The translations under genes and the position numbers were made by a program. The notes below the pieces were generated by a model. That model saw nothing but the letters and a program-made list of their open reading frames with translations, was not told where the DNA came from and ran no database searches. A DNA stretch of 63,777 bases, the filler included, from Lenisia limosa (taxonomy: Eukaryota > Protista > Breviatea), in the NCBI GenBank assembly GCA_001655205.1. It is 10 parts of 10 records of this genome, joined end to end, with 100 filler letters (N's around TTAATTAATTAA, not from the genome) between each part and the next. Parts side by side here need not be neighbours in the genome. Positions count along the whole stretch, not along the records: positions 9,447 to 18,285 come from LPNZ01008907.1; positions 18,386 to 23,217 come from LPNZ01011407.1; positions 23,318 to 25,613 come from LPNZ01006176.1; positions 25,714 to 27,820 come from LPNZ01010699.1; 6 more parts are not named here. The stretch is one strand, 5' to 3'. Positions 13,301-25,851 of the stretch are shown here, piece after piece (within the stretch, counting starts at the first letter, position 1; every line of letters starts with the position of its first letter).

Positions 13301-13362
13301 TTTGGCTGACCCCCTAGCTTGAAGAGTTCCCAGCGTGGGCCGAACCTGCAGCTGAGGCCTAG
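10301..13362 (+). CDS. SLC13/DASS family sodium:dicarboxylate/sulfate symporter (Indy-like), about 20 exons
   Basis: Exons read MPPQLQTPA|NDEAV.., GVLLWMAVWWLLEAAPM, AVTSLVPLFAFPVLGIMTS, LAAAVEKWNLHDRLAL, FLSMWLSNTATTALLGP, LLLAMGYSASVGGSATLTGT|GPNLIF, WGILFLFGGGFALSAGF, MVPSTICCSLAFCSPIATPVNALIYG, ending ..FPAWAEPAAEA* (TAG 13360-13362). These are the canonical SNT and GTxPN motifs. Confidence 0.93.
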
Positions 13363-14046
13363 TTAGGTTTGTTTCTGGAAGACTGTGTGGTCTGATATAG
13401 AATTCTTCATTATTGTTAATGTGAACAAGAAGCAGAATCAGTTTGAGAGTACTATTTGGTTTCCCGTTTGAAGTAAAATAATTACATTTCGAAAGCCAGC
13501 TGCTGCAATGCAGAATAAATAAACATCAGAGTTCTCAAGCAGAACACAATCAGAAAAACAAAACAATTAAAAATTAAAAAACGCATCTAGAATGAAGTCT
13601 TGATGGGGGCATTAGACAGTAATGGTAGAAGGCAGGATGGGTCTCTCAATACCTCTGATTTCAGGAGAGGATGTTGGTGAGAGGACTACATAATTAGACA
13701 CCAAAAGGCAAAAGGACCCCCCCAAAAAAAAACACGTCCAAATCTCGCTTGAGGCGTCCATAAGATTTGAGCGGTTGGCAAAATATGACTATTCTCTAAA
13801 TAAAAAAAAAAAGTGGGGACAATGAGTCAAAATATATCATAAATAAATATGATGACATTTCAGAAAGAAAATGAAATAAAAAAGAGAGAAAAGAAACCAT
13901 GATGTTTGACATTCCGATGAAGTGTCACCCCATATCCCCCATCCTTCCAACCCCCTTTATCCCCTTTGTCCCGCAAATGAAAAATGTAACTAATGTAAAG
14001 TGATGCAGTGTCTCATTGTCCAGGGTATATGTTGGATGGGTTGAGA

Positions 14047-16233
14047 CTAAAGCCTCGTGAATCCCTTGGAAGAGCCCTTCCTGGGCTGGAAGAGCCGACG
14101 ACGTTCCCAAGGGCGGTCCTGTGTACATGGGCGACCATATAGTCCCATGGATTTTATTTTCAGCATCATTTTCCCAGGGACTGTTGTCATTTACCTGTCA
14201 TTACAGCAAAAATCGTCATTTATCAAAGGTATTACACCTTTATGGAAAGGGTGGCAAAGGGGGACTTCCAACATGTCACTTTTATGGAAAGGGTGACACC
14301 ATCTTTTCGCTTTTTGATGGCGACTTCAATTTTGAGACGACCATCATCAGAATCTTCTGTCTTCTAGCTTTTTTGTTTGTTCACCCGAGTGTGTTGCTCT
14401 TCCTCCCCTCCTCTTCTCTCTTAAGAATTCAATGTACCATGTTCAAAATACTGCCAAAATGCACTCTCCTCCTCGCCCATCCTTGATTTTTCAATTATAG
14501 CAAACATTTATTTTTGTGACACTGTGACTGAAAAAATGATCTTCTTACCAGGGAACATCATTTTTGGGCAAAAATGATATAAGTCCCAGGGAAAATGATG
14601 CCGAATAATAATCCCTGGGGATATAATAAAAAATGNNNNNNNNNNNNNNNNNNNNNNNNNNNNNNNNNNNNNNNNNNNNNNNNNNNNNNNNNNNNNNNNN
14701 NNNNNNNNGCGCCATGTTAAACACTATTGCGGATGCATTGTCAACCCCCCCTAAGCGCACAACCTCTTTCACCATGCACTCACCTAATGGCAAATAAAAA
14801 CAGGAAACCTAAGTCCAAAACAGCATAACCAAAGACCATCCTACAAGGATCATAGCTATTCCAAGCAAGTGTAGACTGTCGCGAAGTAGCACTCTCTGGG
14901 TTCAACTTTTGAAGGAAATTGTATTTACGAAACGTGCCTTCTCGTACCTGAAGAGGTAAATACGGTCATTATGGATGGGTGTCTGCCTTTCGATTTCGAA
15001 TAATTCCTACAGTGTCCTTTATATTTTGATCATGTTCCTAACAGTGTCCTTATATTTTGATGTTTTTCCTAACAGAGTCCTGTCTTGGAAGACACCTAAA
15101 AATAACCCTCAAACTTCAGGTGTCAAGAAAGGTAAGACGTGTCTAAAGAAGAAGCTTGGAGAGGCCAGGGTACTAATAACAAATGGAGAAACAATTTCAT
15201 GCACCCCATCAGTTGTCAAGACAATGGACTCCACAACATCAAGTGGGAAAATGTTCATTGAAGGCATACAGATGATGCCAGGACAACCTGGACGTGTAAA
15301 CTACCTACGAGCTCTGCTGTATGTACAATATCGACGAAAATCACTCCTCATTTCTCTCACAAGAGGAGAAACAAACAAACAAACAAAAGCAAAATCCCAC
15401 CCACGATGTTTGACATGGCAATCACCAATGGACCTTGACATATTAAGTCCTAAATAGTCAGAACCCGTTGACTGTCAATGGCGAAATCAAGTCAAATCCA
15501 GCACACCTCCCGCTCTGAGAGTTCCGTTTGGGGGCCGCTTCTCAATAACTCCACCAGATGCCTGAAAGTTACAAAATCATTTTGCAATAACCTCTCAAAC
15601 CACATACCACTATTCTTGATACTTCTTTCTCTTGCGTGAGTGAATGGTCAATTGTTGCAAGAATAACGGATCCATTTTTTTGAAGAATATCTTTTGAGTC
15701 AGTAGGTAAAGGGCACAAAGACATCGCCCTGCTTACAGACACGAGAATCACCAACATGGCAGGTCACAAATATGTTTTTGGAAGGGATAATTAGAATAGA
15801 AGCCAGCGTGGTTCCTTCTCCTGGGTACATTTCTTGGCATCTGCTATCAACCTGGTGCACAAGCGTGCTGATGATGTCCAGTATTGGTGCCATTCCAGAA
15901 AGAGTGGACTCCCCGCATTTGGAAATAGCGTTTTTTACAGCATTAGGAAGACGTTCCTGGAAAAACTTGACAGTTTCGGTACTAGAACGATGCCCACCAT
16001 GTCCATCACAGACAGAGAGCCAACAAAACTGCCAAATGTAAGTCAACTGCCCAATATATATCAGTGGCACTTACCTCATCGTTAACGACAACTCCTTCGG
16101 GGTTAGTGTATGAAAAGGGTTCTTGAACCACTGATATTCTGTCTTCCTGGTAGTCCCTTTGTGCTTGGTCTTGAAAATAGAACAATGACCGGTAGAAAAG
16201 GGAGTCTGCAGTTGGCAGTGCATTGTCTCCCAT
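14047..16233 (-). CDS. PP2C/PPM-type serine/threonine protein phosphatase
   Basis: MGDNALP..QAQRDYQEDRISVV.., VCDGHGGHRSS.., GTTLASILII..CHVGDSRV, DHSLTQEKEVSRI, GLNMSRSIGDCHVK, IVLTTDGVHEIV, VKEVVRLGGVDNASAIVF. All PP2C metal-binding motifs are present. C-terminal tail and stop approximate. Confidence 0.9.
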
Positions 16234-16808
16234 TATATAAATCAGTATTACTCCGTCAGTTCGGATATTTCAATGACTATAACACTATAACACTATAACA
16301 TGTGAATGTAGCAACGTGGTGGAGACCAAAAGATAGAAAATCAAAGAAAAGAGGCAAAACAAAATTGCCTGAAACTTGCTTGAAACGGAAGTTGATGATA
16401 GAAGAATTGATAGAATAACGATACTCGGAGTGTGTGAGTCAGCAAAAGGGCCACAAACCTGGGGATTTTGAAGATCCCCAGATCTCCAGTTCTTCGGACC
16501 ATGGGGCACTAACCCCGGTCCAGACAATCTGCGACAGATCTCTGGACAGAAGTTCGGTTTGTCTACACTTGTTTTTGACCCCTCTATATTTTCTAAGAAT
16601 ACAGCTAAGCTTCTTTTTTAACTACTGGTTCAAAACAAAAGTGGGGACCGCATCCCAGATTCCCAGATCCTTACCGGATCCCTGGATCCCACCCATTTTT
16701 CCTCGCTTAATTCCCAGGAGGAGTTTATTCATTAAAGGCCTGGGGGATACTGTGTTTATTGGTTTATTGTGGGTATAATTAATTCAAAGGTAGGGAATCA
16801 GAAACACA

Positions 16809-18194
16809 ATGGCCACAGTTATTGGTTCAACCATCCAGGTTTGTTTGATGAGAAGCTTCATCCTCTAGACTGGAGTTACTCCCACTCCTGAGCAGTACGA
16901 ATTGTCGAAGAACGACCCCCAAAGAATCCCCTGCACTCTTCACATTTCTAATGTCCCCGCTCAAGCTGATGAGGACGACATACACTGCGTTTTCTATCCA
17001 TTTGGACCCATTCGCATTGTCAAGCTCGCTAGACGCTCTGATAGAATGACTTTTGCCTTTGTCGAATTCTCTGTAAGCCCTTAGTCTCTTGACCCTCTCT
17101 TTCCACTTGGATTTGAGAAAGATAGCCTACTCTCTTCTGACTATTGAACAGATTTTAGCCTATATCATTCTTACTCCTGTTGAGGGAGACATTGTAGTAT
17201 TTGCATACACACTTTTTGATATGTAGAAATTTGAAATGTGAAAATTACTTCAATTATAGATATTGATTATAGTATCCTATTAATTTACCGATCATTTCCC
17301 CAATTTCTTGATAGCTCTGTATATCGGCAAACTCCTTATTATGTTTCGTTTCACACTTTACCACCAGGCCCCCGCCAGTGCCACGCTTGCCCTTGGTACG
17401 CCTACTATTACTGTCCTCGGAGTCCCAGTGCAATGCTCCGCTGCCCGAAGCGCGATCGTTTCAGGAAAGAGCTTTGTCGACGACACAGGCAAGTGAGGGG
17501 GTTAAACCATTTCACCGCGGATTTTTGGTCAATGCATTGACATCGCCGAATGTAAGTAAGACCTCTGGTTACGACTTTTCTCAAGCATACTAAAAACCTA
17601 CATTTAAATGCCTACATTTAAATGTTGAGAGCTCTGGTTGCGTCGTCTTCTCCTTGCTCTGTAACCCTTAGCCTCCGCCCACCTGCAATGAAGCGCCCAC
17701 GTGAAAACGTTGAGGTTGAGATGCCGGCGAAGCAGCCTAGAATCGAGGGCGAACCCGGCTGCTCCATCTACGTCGGGAATGTCCCGCCTTCTGTGGGGAG
17801 GTGGCACGTTTGTTTGTTTTTGGTAATTTCAGCTGTTGCGTTGATCTAACATATCAGATTGTGAGCCACCAGCTCCGTCACGTCTTTTCTGTCATTGGCC
17901 GCGTTACTAAGGTTGGGCTGGGCATTCTGAAACTCATCTCCCTCAAATGGCTCATTGTGATTCCCTCAGATCCGAATGTGTGGTGATGCCCGCCACGCTA
18001 CCCGGTATGCGTTTGTCGACTTCGTGACTGCTGGCGAAGCAGAAAGGGCTGTCAATCTGGTCAATGGTGAGGCACCTTCGCTAGTTACGATTTTAGACCT
18101 CTCTCTTGGTGGATCTCGCCTCCGTGTTACCCCAGCTAAGAACCCCAACACCTCACGAGTGATGATTGCCGATGTGGGAAGGGGCTTTATTTAA
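16809..18194 (+). CDS. RRM-domain RNA-binding protein(s): one two-RRM gene or two adjacent genes
   Basis: RNP2/RNP1 motifs TLHISNVP..RMTFAFVEFS (16930-17073) and SIYVGNVPP..TRYAFVDFVTAGEAERAVNLVN..LSLGGSRLRVTPAK (17760-18140). Confidence 0.8.
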
Positions 18195-18797
18195 CTATTA
18201 AATAAAGCCTTGGTTGGTTATTGGTTTTTGTCTTTGGAATTGCAACTGACACTCTAATTAATCTACATTCATTTAACCCCCCCCCNNNNNNNNNNNNNNN
18301 NNNNNNNNNNNNNNNNNNNNNNNNNNNNNTTAATTAATTAANNNNNNNNNNNNNNNNNNNNNNNNNNNNNNNNNNNNNNNNNNNNTTAATATAATTGTTG
18401 TTTTTATTTTTAGTTTTTTCTTATTATTATTATTATTAGACAGTTTTGTTTGCACATGGGTTTTCAAATTTTAATTTTCAAATAATTTTTTTTTTTTGAA
18501 ATTTGAAATGAAGATTTCAGCTGAAAATGGAAGAAGAAATATGAAAAATTCGGAAAATTTCAAAATTTATTTGAAAGTTGAAATGCTGATGTGCAANNNN
18601 NNNNNNNNNNNNNNNNNNNNNNNNNNNNNNNNNNNNNNNNNNNNNNNNNNNNNNNNNNNNNNNNNNNNNNNNNNNNNNNNNNNNNNNNNNNNNNNNNNNN
18701 NNNNNNNNNNNNNNNNNNNNNNNNNNNNNNNNNNNNNNNNNNNNNNNNNNNNNNNNNNNNAAACTTGTCGAGTTCCTTGCTAAGAAGAAGTGAGGGG

Positions 18798-18906
18798 ATG
18801 ATGATGGTGGTGGGTGGTGATGGTGATGGTGATGATGATAATAAAAATGGTGATGGTGATGATGATAATAAAAATGGTGATGGTGATGATGATGATGATG
18901 ATGATG
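18798..18906 (+). repeat. GAT/GGT trinucleotide microsatellite with an internal 27-bp duplication
   Basis: gatgatgatggtggtgggtggtgatggtgatggtgatgatgataataaaaatggtgatggtgatgatgataataaaaatggtgatggtgatgatgat.. Confidence 0.85.
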
Positions 18907-18963
18907 TGGGGTGGAAGGGAGGTCAGAATCATCGAAATGTTTGTTTCATCTTCACACCCCAGG

Positions 18964-21900
18964 TACCCCATGGACTTCATCCCAGTATCCGCGGCCCGTG
19001 GCCTTGATGGCGAATCCATCGCCGCCGCCGTCAAGAAGGGAGCTAAAATCGTGGGTGGTGGGGGGATTATGTTATAATGTAGAATCATGCCCAGAGTTGT
19101 AGGCAAATGATTGGACGAATTAATATGATACTTTAATCTCATATCTCTGNNNNNNNNNNNNNNNNNNNNNNNNNNNNNNNNNNNNNNNNNNNNNNNNNNN
19201 NNNNNNNNNNNNNNNNNNNNNNNNNNNNNNNNNNNNNNNNNNNNNNNNNNNNNNNNNNNNNNNNACTCAGACTCCCTCCTCCGCCAATGCACATCCCATC
19301 TCCTGGTCTCAACCGGGGAATTCTGGGCCAAAATCGACCGTTACGCTGAAACTGTCGAGGCGATTTGTGACATTGGACGTGGGGGGTTGTATGACTCTAA
19401 AACATTAATATGTACATATATTGATATATTTTATATCTTAAGTAATGTTAATCGTTATTTACATTGGGGACAAACACTCCGTACCTCAACCTCCAGGGGG
19501 TGATGGGGTATTTTGTACTTCATGATTACTATTATGATTTTTTTTTTGTTTTTTTTTGTTTGAGGAGTGGTGGGGTATCTAGACACTGTTCTCAATAAGT
19601 CATAAGCTGGGAGGCACGTAGAAAGCTGTGTCCACAGAGTTGTAAGGCAAATGATTGGGTGAATTAATATTATACTACAATTCAATATCTTTTAGCGTAA
19701 TAGTGTGGACGGCTTCGGCCTGATAAAGTCTTGTTTTATTAACATCCCAACATACCTTTCGACAAGTCACCTGTTTTAGGCATGGACAAGGAACTGGCCA
19801 CTTTCCAGGAGACCACTCAGTGAGGGGGGTGGCTTCAAGCTCTTCACTTTTACTTGGTTCTTTTTGTAATTTAATATGATATTATACCCCTTCACTTTTT
19901 TACGATTCTGATAAATACTTATGTTCTTTTAGTAATTATAATCTGTATAATATAGCATGTAGTGTGCCTCTTCCACCGTCACTTTTTTTTTGCGCAAGAG
20001 ATACATAATACATGTTTTTCAACGTAATTACCCCCCCCCCCCCCNNNNNNNNNNNNNNNNNNNNNNNNNNNNNNNNNNNNNNNNNNNNNNNNNNNNNNNN
20101 NNNNNNNNNNNNNNNNNNNNNNNNNNNNNNNNNNNNNNNNNNNNNNNNNNNNNNNCACCCAGGAAGAGCAACGCCTACAACAAGCTTGCAGGCATGAACG
20201 CTCTTCACATGATCTGCCACCTTCTCTCTTCCATCGGTGTTCACGATACCCCTGGTATGATGTGATGATGATGATAGGGATGATGATGAAGAAGAAGAAA
20301 TGTTAAGGATAGTGACAATGACCACCCTAATCAGTGCTTTTTATATTTATTGTCTACCACTCCCTCCATTAACTCCCCAGTCTACAAGCACAAGCCAGTT
20401 GCCGTCACCAACCGCTACTGTTACAATGGCCCCAAAAGTACCCGGGGTTATGGGAGGGGGGGTAGAATTAGGGCTTCACTTCGGTTCGAAAAAAGACTGA
20501 ATTTCTCGATAAATCCTCGAAAACTNNNNNNNNNNNNNNNNNNNNNNNNNNNNNNNNNNNNNNNNNNNNNNNNNNNNNNNNNNNNNNNNNNNNNNNNNNN
20601 NNNNNNNNNNNNNNNNNNNNNNNNNNNNNNNNNNNNNNNNNNNNNNNNNNNNNNNNNNNNNNNNNNNNNNNNNNNNNNNNNNNNNNNNNNNNNNNNNNNN
20701 NNNNNNNNNNNNNNNNNNNNNNNNNNNNNNCAAGATTGTTGGCTGTTTTCTATCTCCCCCGTGATTGTGTAGAAGGCTTCGGCCACATACATCTTTATTT
20801 TTTATTTCTCATGCCCATTATTTGCTTTTTTTTTCATGATGTAGTTGAGTGCTACATTGGAAACGACTGGGTTGTTGGTAGGAGGTTATAATTGCGGGGT
20901 TTTTTTTTTTCTGTTTTTTTGGGTTTTTTATTATTATTTTTATTTTCTGCATGGATTATTGGTTTTTTTGTTTGTTTTTTTCTGCATCGATTTAGGGGTA
21001 AGAGTATTGAGAAAGAGGGTTTAAAAGGAATGCAGTGCGTGATAATTTGTTTATTTTTTCTTACCTGCGGGATCTGCTACTACTCTTATTATCAGGCCCA
21101 ATTAAGCGCATTGTATCCGCCCTCACCAAGTCCCCTGTCGACTGCTCGGAAGGTGTCAAGGACGTTGCAATCACTGAACAAGAAAAGGTTGCAGGGGAAT
21201 ATTTTCAGATATTTAACTCCAATACACTGAACTTACATTTTTTTTTTTGCTTCATTCATTCCACCAGGACTTTACTCACATCAACACTTACATTACTTAC
21301 ACATGTGTAGCAGGCAGGCATGCAGAGCCAGGGATGGAACCAGCCAACTGTCTTTAAATACGGATCGTGGGAGGGGGGGGGGGGGGNNNNNNNNNNNNNN
21401 NNNNNNNNNNNNNNNNNNNNNNNNNNNNNNNNNNNNNNNNNNNNNNNNNNNNNNNNNNNNNNNNNNNNNNNNNNNNNNNNNNNNNNNNNNNNNNNNNNAA
21501 ATTTTTCCATAAGGATTATACATCAATATTCTTCACCGATATTTCACTCTTTCTCCTCCCCACAGGGTTGCTCGTGTTTGTGATTGCTTGTTTTTTTTTT
21601 TGTTTGTTTGTTTGGGGTTTCATAATATTCGATTCGTAATTAGTACCTTTACGCCAGTATTCTTCATCGAAACCTTCGTTTTACTCCCCCGCAGGGTTCG
21701 CAAACACTACGCTGGAACCAACTGTCTGTCCATTATTTCCGGATGCACGTGGGAGGGGGGTAATTTAGTATGTATATTAAAAAAGGTAATAAATGAGGGG
21801 TAGCTCTATGTCTCAGGTTTGTTTTGTTTCATAAATTGTCCATTTTTCCACGCCTCCCCNNNNNNNNNNNNNNNNNNNNNNNNNNNNNNNNNNNNNNNNN

Positions 21901-23103
21901 NNNNNNNNNNNNNNNNNNNNNNNNNNNNNNNNNNNNNNNNNNNNNNNNNNNNNNNNNNNNNNNNNNNNNNNNNNNNNNNNNNNNNNNNNNNNNNNNNNNN
22001 NNNNATTTTTTTAATTTTCCATTTTTCACACCCGCAGAACCGATATTTCATCGAATTTTCTTCGTTTCACACCCGCAGCACTGACACAACCTTCGTTCGT
22101 AAGGTCAAGATTGACGAGGCTCTCAAGCCCCTCGTTCAGTTCCTTATTGACAACGGCTGCTCCCCAGTGGACTCTCCTTGTGGTTTGGGGGTGGGGTACA
22201 AGTAGTGTAGACATAATTTTATGAAATATTATATGCGTGTATATTCGTATGTAGTAGTAATTATATATTATACTATATATCAGATAATAATAATATGGAC
22301 GTATGATGATACATACTATATGATATATTTACGTGTATATGCCTATGATATGTAGTAGTAATTAGATATGATATAATATTGGCGTACTCATCTGACAATG
22401 TGTGCTCACTTGTTGACTCTCCTTGTGGTTCGGGAGTGGGGGTGTATGTTTTTTTTTTTTTTTTGACATGGNNNNNNNNNNNNNNNNNNNNNNNNNNNNN
22501 NNNNNNNNNNNNNNNNNNNNNNNNNNNNNNNNNNNNNNNNNNNNNNNNNNNNNNNNNNNNNNNNNNNNNNNNNNNNNNNNNNNNNNNNNNNNNNNNNNNN
22601 NNNNNNNNNNNNNNNNNNNNNNNNNNNNNNNNNNNNNNNNNNNNNNNNNNNNNNNNNNNNNNNNNNNNNNNNNNNNNNNNNNNNNNNNNNNNNNNNNNNN
22701 NNNNNNNNNNNNNNNNNNCGAGCCAAATTGGAAAATTCAAGTAAAAAGAAAGTCCAAATTCAAATGATAGTGGTTATAGGGGGAGGGGTTAATGATGTTG
22801 TTGATAGTGATAGTGTTCCTATTCACTAAGGCGTGCAATTACATTAAAAAAAATTATCGCAGAATTGAAGTGAGACATAGTGTCACGTGGTCAATTTTGC
22901 CATTTAATTTGCTCATTATTTAATCGAGTCCAACTGATTTGGGCTTCTTTGTTTTAACACAATTTTTTCAGTTATAACCCCCCCCCCCTCCAACTACTCA
23001 CTTCCAGGCAATACCATGCTACAAGTTGCTGTGGCCACGGGTGACAATGACATGGCTGAGCGCCTGTTCGAAAAGGCCGATTTAAAGTCCAAGAATAAGG
23101 AAG
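18964..23103 (+). CDS. Fragment of a long-intron gene with ankyrin repeats near its 3' visible end
   Basis: About 11 small exons, e.g. YPMDFIPVSAARGLDGESIAAAVKKGAKI, KSNAYNKLAGMNALHMICHLL, GPIKRIVSALTKSPVDC, and LKPLVQFLIDNGCSPVDSPC|GNTMLQVAVATGDNDMAERLFEKADLKSKNKEG (ankyrin consensus). Confidence 0.6.
19606..19740 (+). mobile_element. Dispersed intronic two-hairpin element (HINE/Helentron-like or structured ncRNA); copies at 19094-19149, 20761-20805, 40062-40160, 56606-56640 (-), 61599-61645, 61667-61760, 63703-63777
   Basis: Shared blocks gctgggaggcacg.agaaagctgtgt, gagttgtaaggcaaatgattgggtgaattaatat, and cgtgat(t)gtgtggacggcttcggcc(t)gatacaatcttgtttt. Confidence 0.7.
20469..20525. mobile_element. 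MITE family 1 (TAGGGCTTC.. TIRs, hAT-like), truncated by a gap
   Basis: tagggcttcacttcggttcgaaaaaagactgaatttctcgataaatcctcgaaaac matches the copies at 61180 and 41449. Confidence 0.75.
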
Positions 23104-23319
23104 GTTAGGGGGGTCTCCTTTACGTTTCTATTCTTATTTTGTCAATACACAAGAATGGTGGTGGGAATTCAGTTATAAATTTTCCATTTTCACTAATCTT
23201 CCAATTTTACTCCCCCCNNNNNNNNNNNNNNNNNNNNNNNNNNNNNNNNNNNNNNNNNNNNTTAATTAATTAANNNNNNNNNNNNNNNNNNNNNNNNNNN
23301 NNNNNNNNNNNNNNNNNTC

Positions 23320-25565
23320 GCTTCTACAGCACCGATTCCCATCACTCCAACGTACGGTAAATAAGGCATCGTATAAATTGATATAATATGCATATTGATA
23401 TGATATACATATCATACATGCTATAGTTCACGGTAGAAATTCAACCCCTCTCCCTCTTCCGAGATAATGTGACGTCCACTCACTTTGCGTGCAAGTAAGC
23501 CTGCTAAAACGTCTCGGCGATGCACGTCAGCGACCACAAGGGACTTCAGGGTGCTACGCTCGAGTTTTGAGAGGTCCACTCGGCCTAAGGCACGAGACAC
23601 AGCGTTCTGAGGAGGGGGGGGGGAGNNNNNNNNNNNNNNNNNNNNNNNNNNNNNNNNNNNNNNNNNNNNNNNNNNNNNNNNNNNNNNNNNNNNNNNNNNN
23701 NNNNNNNNNNNNNNNNNNNNNNNNNNNNNNNNNNNNNNNNNNNNNNNNNNNNNNNNNNNNNNNNNNNNNNNNNNNNNNNNNNNNNNNNNNNNNNNNNNNN
23801 NNNNNNNNNNNNNNNNNNNNNNNNNNNNNNNNNNNNNNNNNNNNNNNNNNNGCAGGGATAAATAAAAAAAAAAGGGGGGGGGGGATAGAAATATTTACAG
23901 TCACTGGGATAAGTCCTTGACCTATTTTCCTGAGGAAATAATAGCAAATCGGTCAAAACTTATCCCGGTCACTATATACATATCACATTATCTATACTAG
24001 TAGTGATAGGGATAAGTCTTAACCCCCATGACAAAACATACCTGCTGCGTAAAGAGTATCAGTGAAGCAGCCAGGACGGACTGAGCTGAGTGCGAAATTG
24101 CCCATTGCACTCGTTCCTCCGGAGATGTTGGAGCTGAGGAGAGAGCCTGGGGGAGGGGGGGTGAAATAGGAAACTTATGAAACAAAAAAAGCCCACAATC
24201 AACTCTGTTGGCTGGTAACACATGAGGGTTGAGAACAACAAAACAAACAGAGCCCTGGCCAGTCGTAAAAATGAAGAACAAACAAGGGTTAACTATCCGT
24301 CATGACTAATCGCGGTCTTTGTATATCATGTGTACTATAGAAATTACTATTAGTAATATATGATATATAAAAATATACGCATGTACATGTGTGTAACCAA
24401 CAGACCTGTCTAATACCGGCATGAACGCTTCGTCGCATTTCAGTTTCCAACGCTCGAAGCCACGCCTCTACCGGNNNNNNNNNNNNNNNNNNNNNNNNNN
24501 NNNNNNNNNNNNNNNNNNNNNNNNNNNNNNNNNNNNNNNNNNNNNNNNNNNNNNNNNNNNNNNTTTCGATAAAAATAATGGCGTTAAGGTACAAGTAAAA
24601 AGGGATTGTTTTTGTTACAAAATGGGGGTGCGGTATAGATAAAAATGGCAAATTTATGTAAAGATGAGAGGGCAGCGGGTGAAAAGACAATTTCAATAAA
24701 AAAATATGGGGGGGATTCAAGTAAAACTTGCACACAGTTACAGGGACAAGGTTGATGTTTTTTTTTTTTTTTCGCCNNNNNNNNNNCCGCTGAACTCCAA
24801 AGTGTTGACGGCCTCGAAGAGCTGGGGAGGGGGGGGGGGTAAACAAAAGATAATTTCGCTGACACATACAGTGACCGGCCCACAGCAAATCTGTCAAGAC
24901 TTATCCTGGTCACTCTTTATGATATGTAACATAAAACGAAGGAGATGTGTGAAACAAAAACAACATACAATACAAAAACAACGTAACTGCAATAGACACA
25001 CAGAACCACATAACTACTACGTATATTGGAGTAAAATCTCCATTAACTACAAGCTTGATCCCCCCCCCCCCAANNNNNNNNNNNNNNNNNNNNNNNNNNN
25101 NNNNNNNNNNNNNNNNNNNNNNNNNNNNNNNNNNNNNNNNNNNNNNNNNNNNNNNNNNNNNNNNNNNNNNNNNNNNNNNNNNNNNNNNNNNNNNNNNNNN
25201 NNNNNNNNNNNNNNNNNNNNNNNNNNNNNNCCTCCGCTGACAGGAAAGAAAATCTGGGAAAGTAAAGCAAGGACAAGCAGCAAATATGTAACACAAATAG
25301 TAAAATAAAGGAGAGGATGTTGTTAACAAAAAGAGTGAAATATTAACACTATCTTAATCCTGAGGTATGGGAATTTGTTTATGGTAACCCTATGTAGTTT
25401 TTGTTACCCTGATTTCTAATGTAGCTGTGTGTATTATTTCTCTTGTTCAAAAACCCCACCATTCCAACAACTCCCGTTACCTGGGGAAAGCCTGCTTTTT
25501 CTTCTGAAGATAGGAGTCAAGCGACTTGGTGACGCTATCGAGGAGACGATGTGCCTATGAAGGGG
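23320..25565 (-). CDS. Dynein heavy chain fragment (DHC_N2 linker into the start of AAA1)
   Basis: Exons RLLDSVTKSLDSYLQKKKQAFPR|FSFLSAE, LFEAVNTLEFS, PVEAWLRALETEMRRSVHAGIR, WAISHSAQSVLAASLILFTQQ, and DLSKLERSTLKSLVVADVHRRDVLAGLL. They match the dynein motifs YLETKRLAFPRFYFLS, VEEWL and LITIDVHARD. Confidence 0.88.
23898..23974. mobile_element. MITE family 2 (CAGTGAC..GATAAGTCTTGACC TIRs, TA flanks, Tc1/mariner-like)
   Basis: ta|cagtcactgggataagtccttgacc...ggtcaaaacttatcccggtcacta|ta; same family as 53716-53793. Confidence 0.7.
24869..24915. mobile_element. MITE family 2, internally deleted copy
   Basis: ta|cagtgaccggcccacagcaaatctgtcaagacttatcctggtcactc. Confidence 0.6.
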
Positions 25566-25851
25566 GGTGGGCGGGGGGTACAATTGGAAAATTTAACTAA
25601 CAAAAAAAAAAGCNNNNNNNNNNNNNNNNNNNNNNNNNNNNNNNNNNNNNNNNNNNNTTAATTAATTAANNNNNNNNNNNNNNNNNNNNNNNNNNNNNNN
25701 NNNNNNNNNNNNNGTCATGTCTATGTGACACGTATTTTGGAGTTTTTTCCAGAGAGAGTGTATGTGGTGTGTTTTCAGCCAACAGAGTTGCTTTTTGTTT
25801 CATAAATTTTTCAAGATTCCAATTTCCCAAATGACAGTTTTCTAACCCCCC

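Noticed and set aside
19696-19740. Hairpin element as a hammerhead ribozyme or SECIS
   Set aside because: No CUGANGA plus GAAA core (ctgata only, in two copies). The helix above the GA pairs is only about 3 bp, with a UUCG loop rather than a SECIS A-rich apical loop, and the copies are intronic rather than in 3' UTRs.
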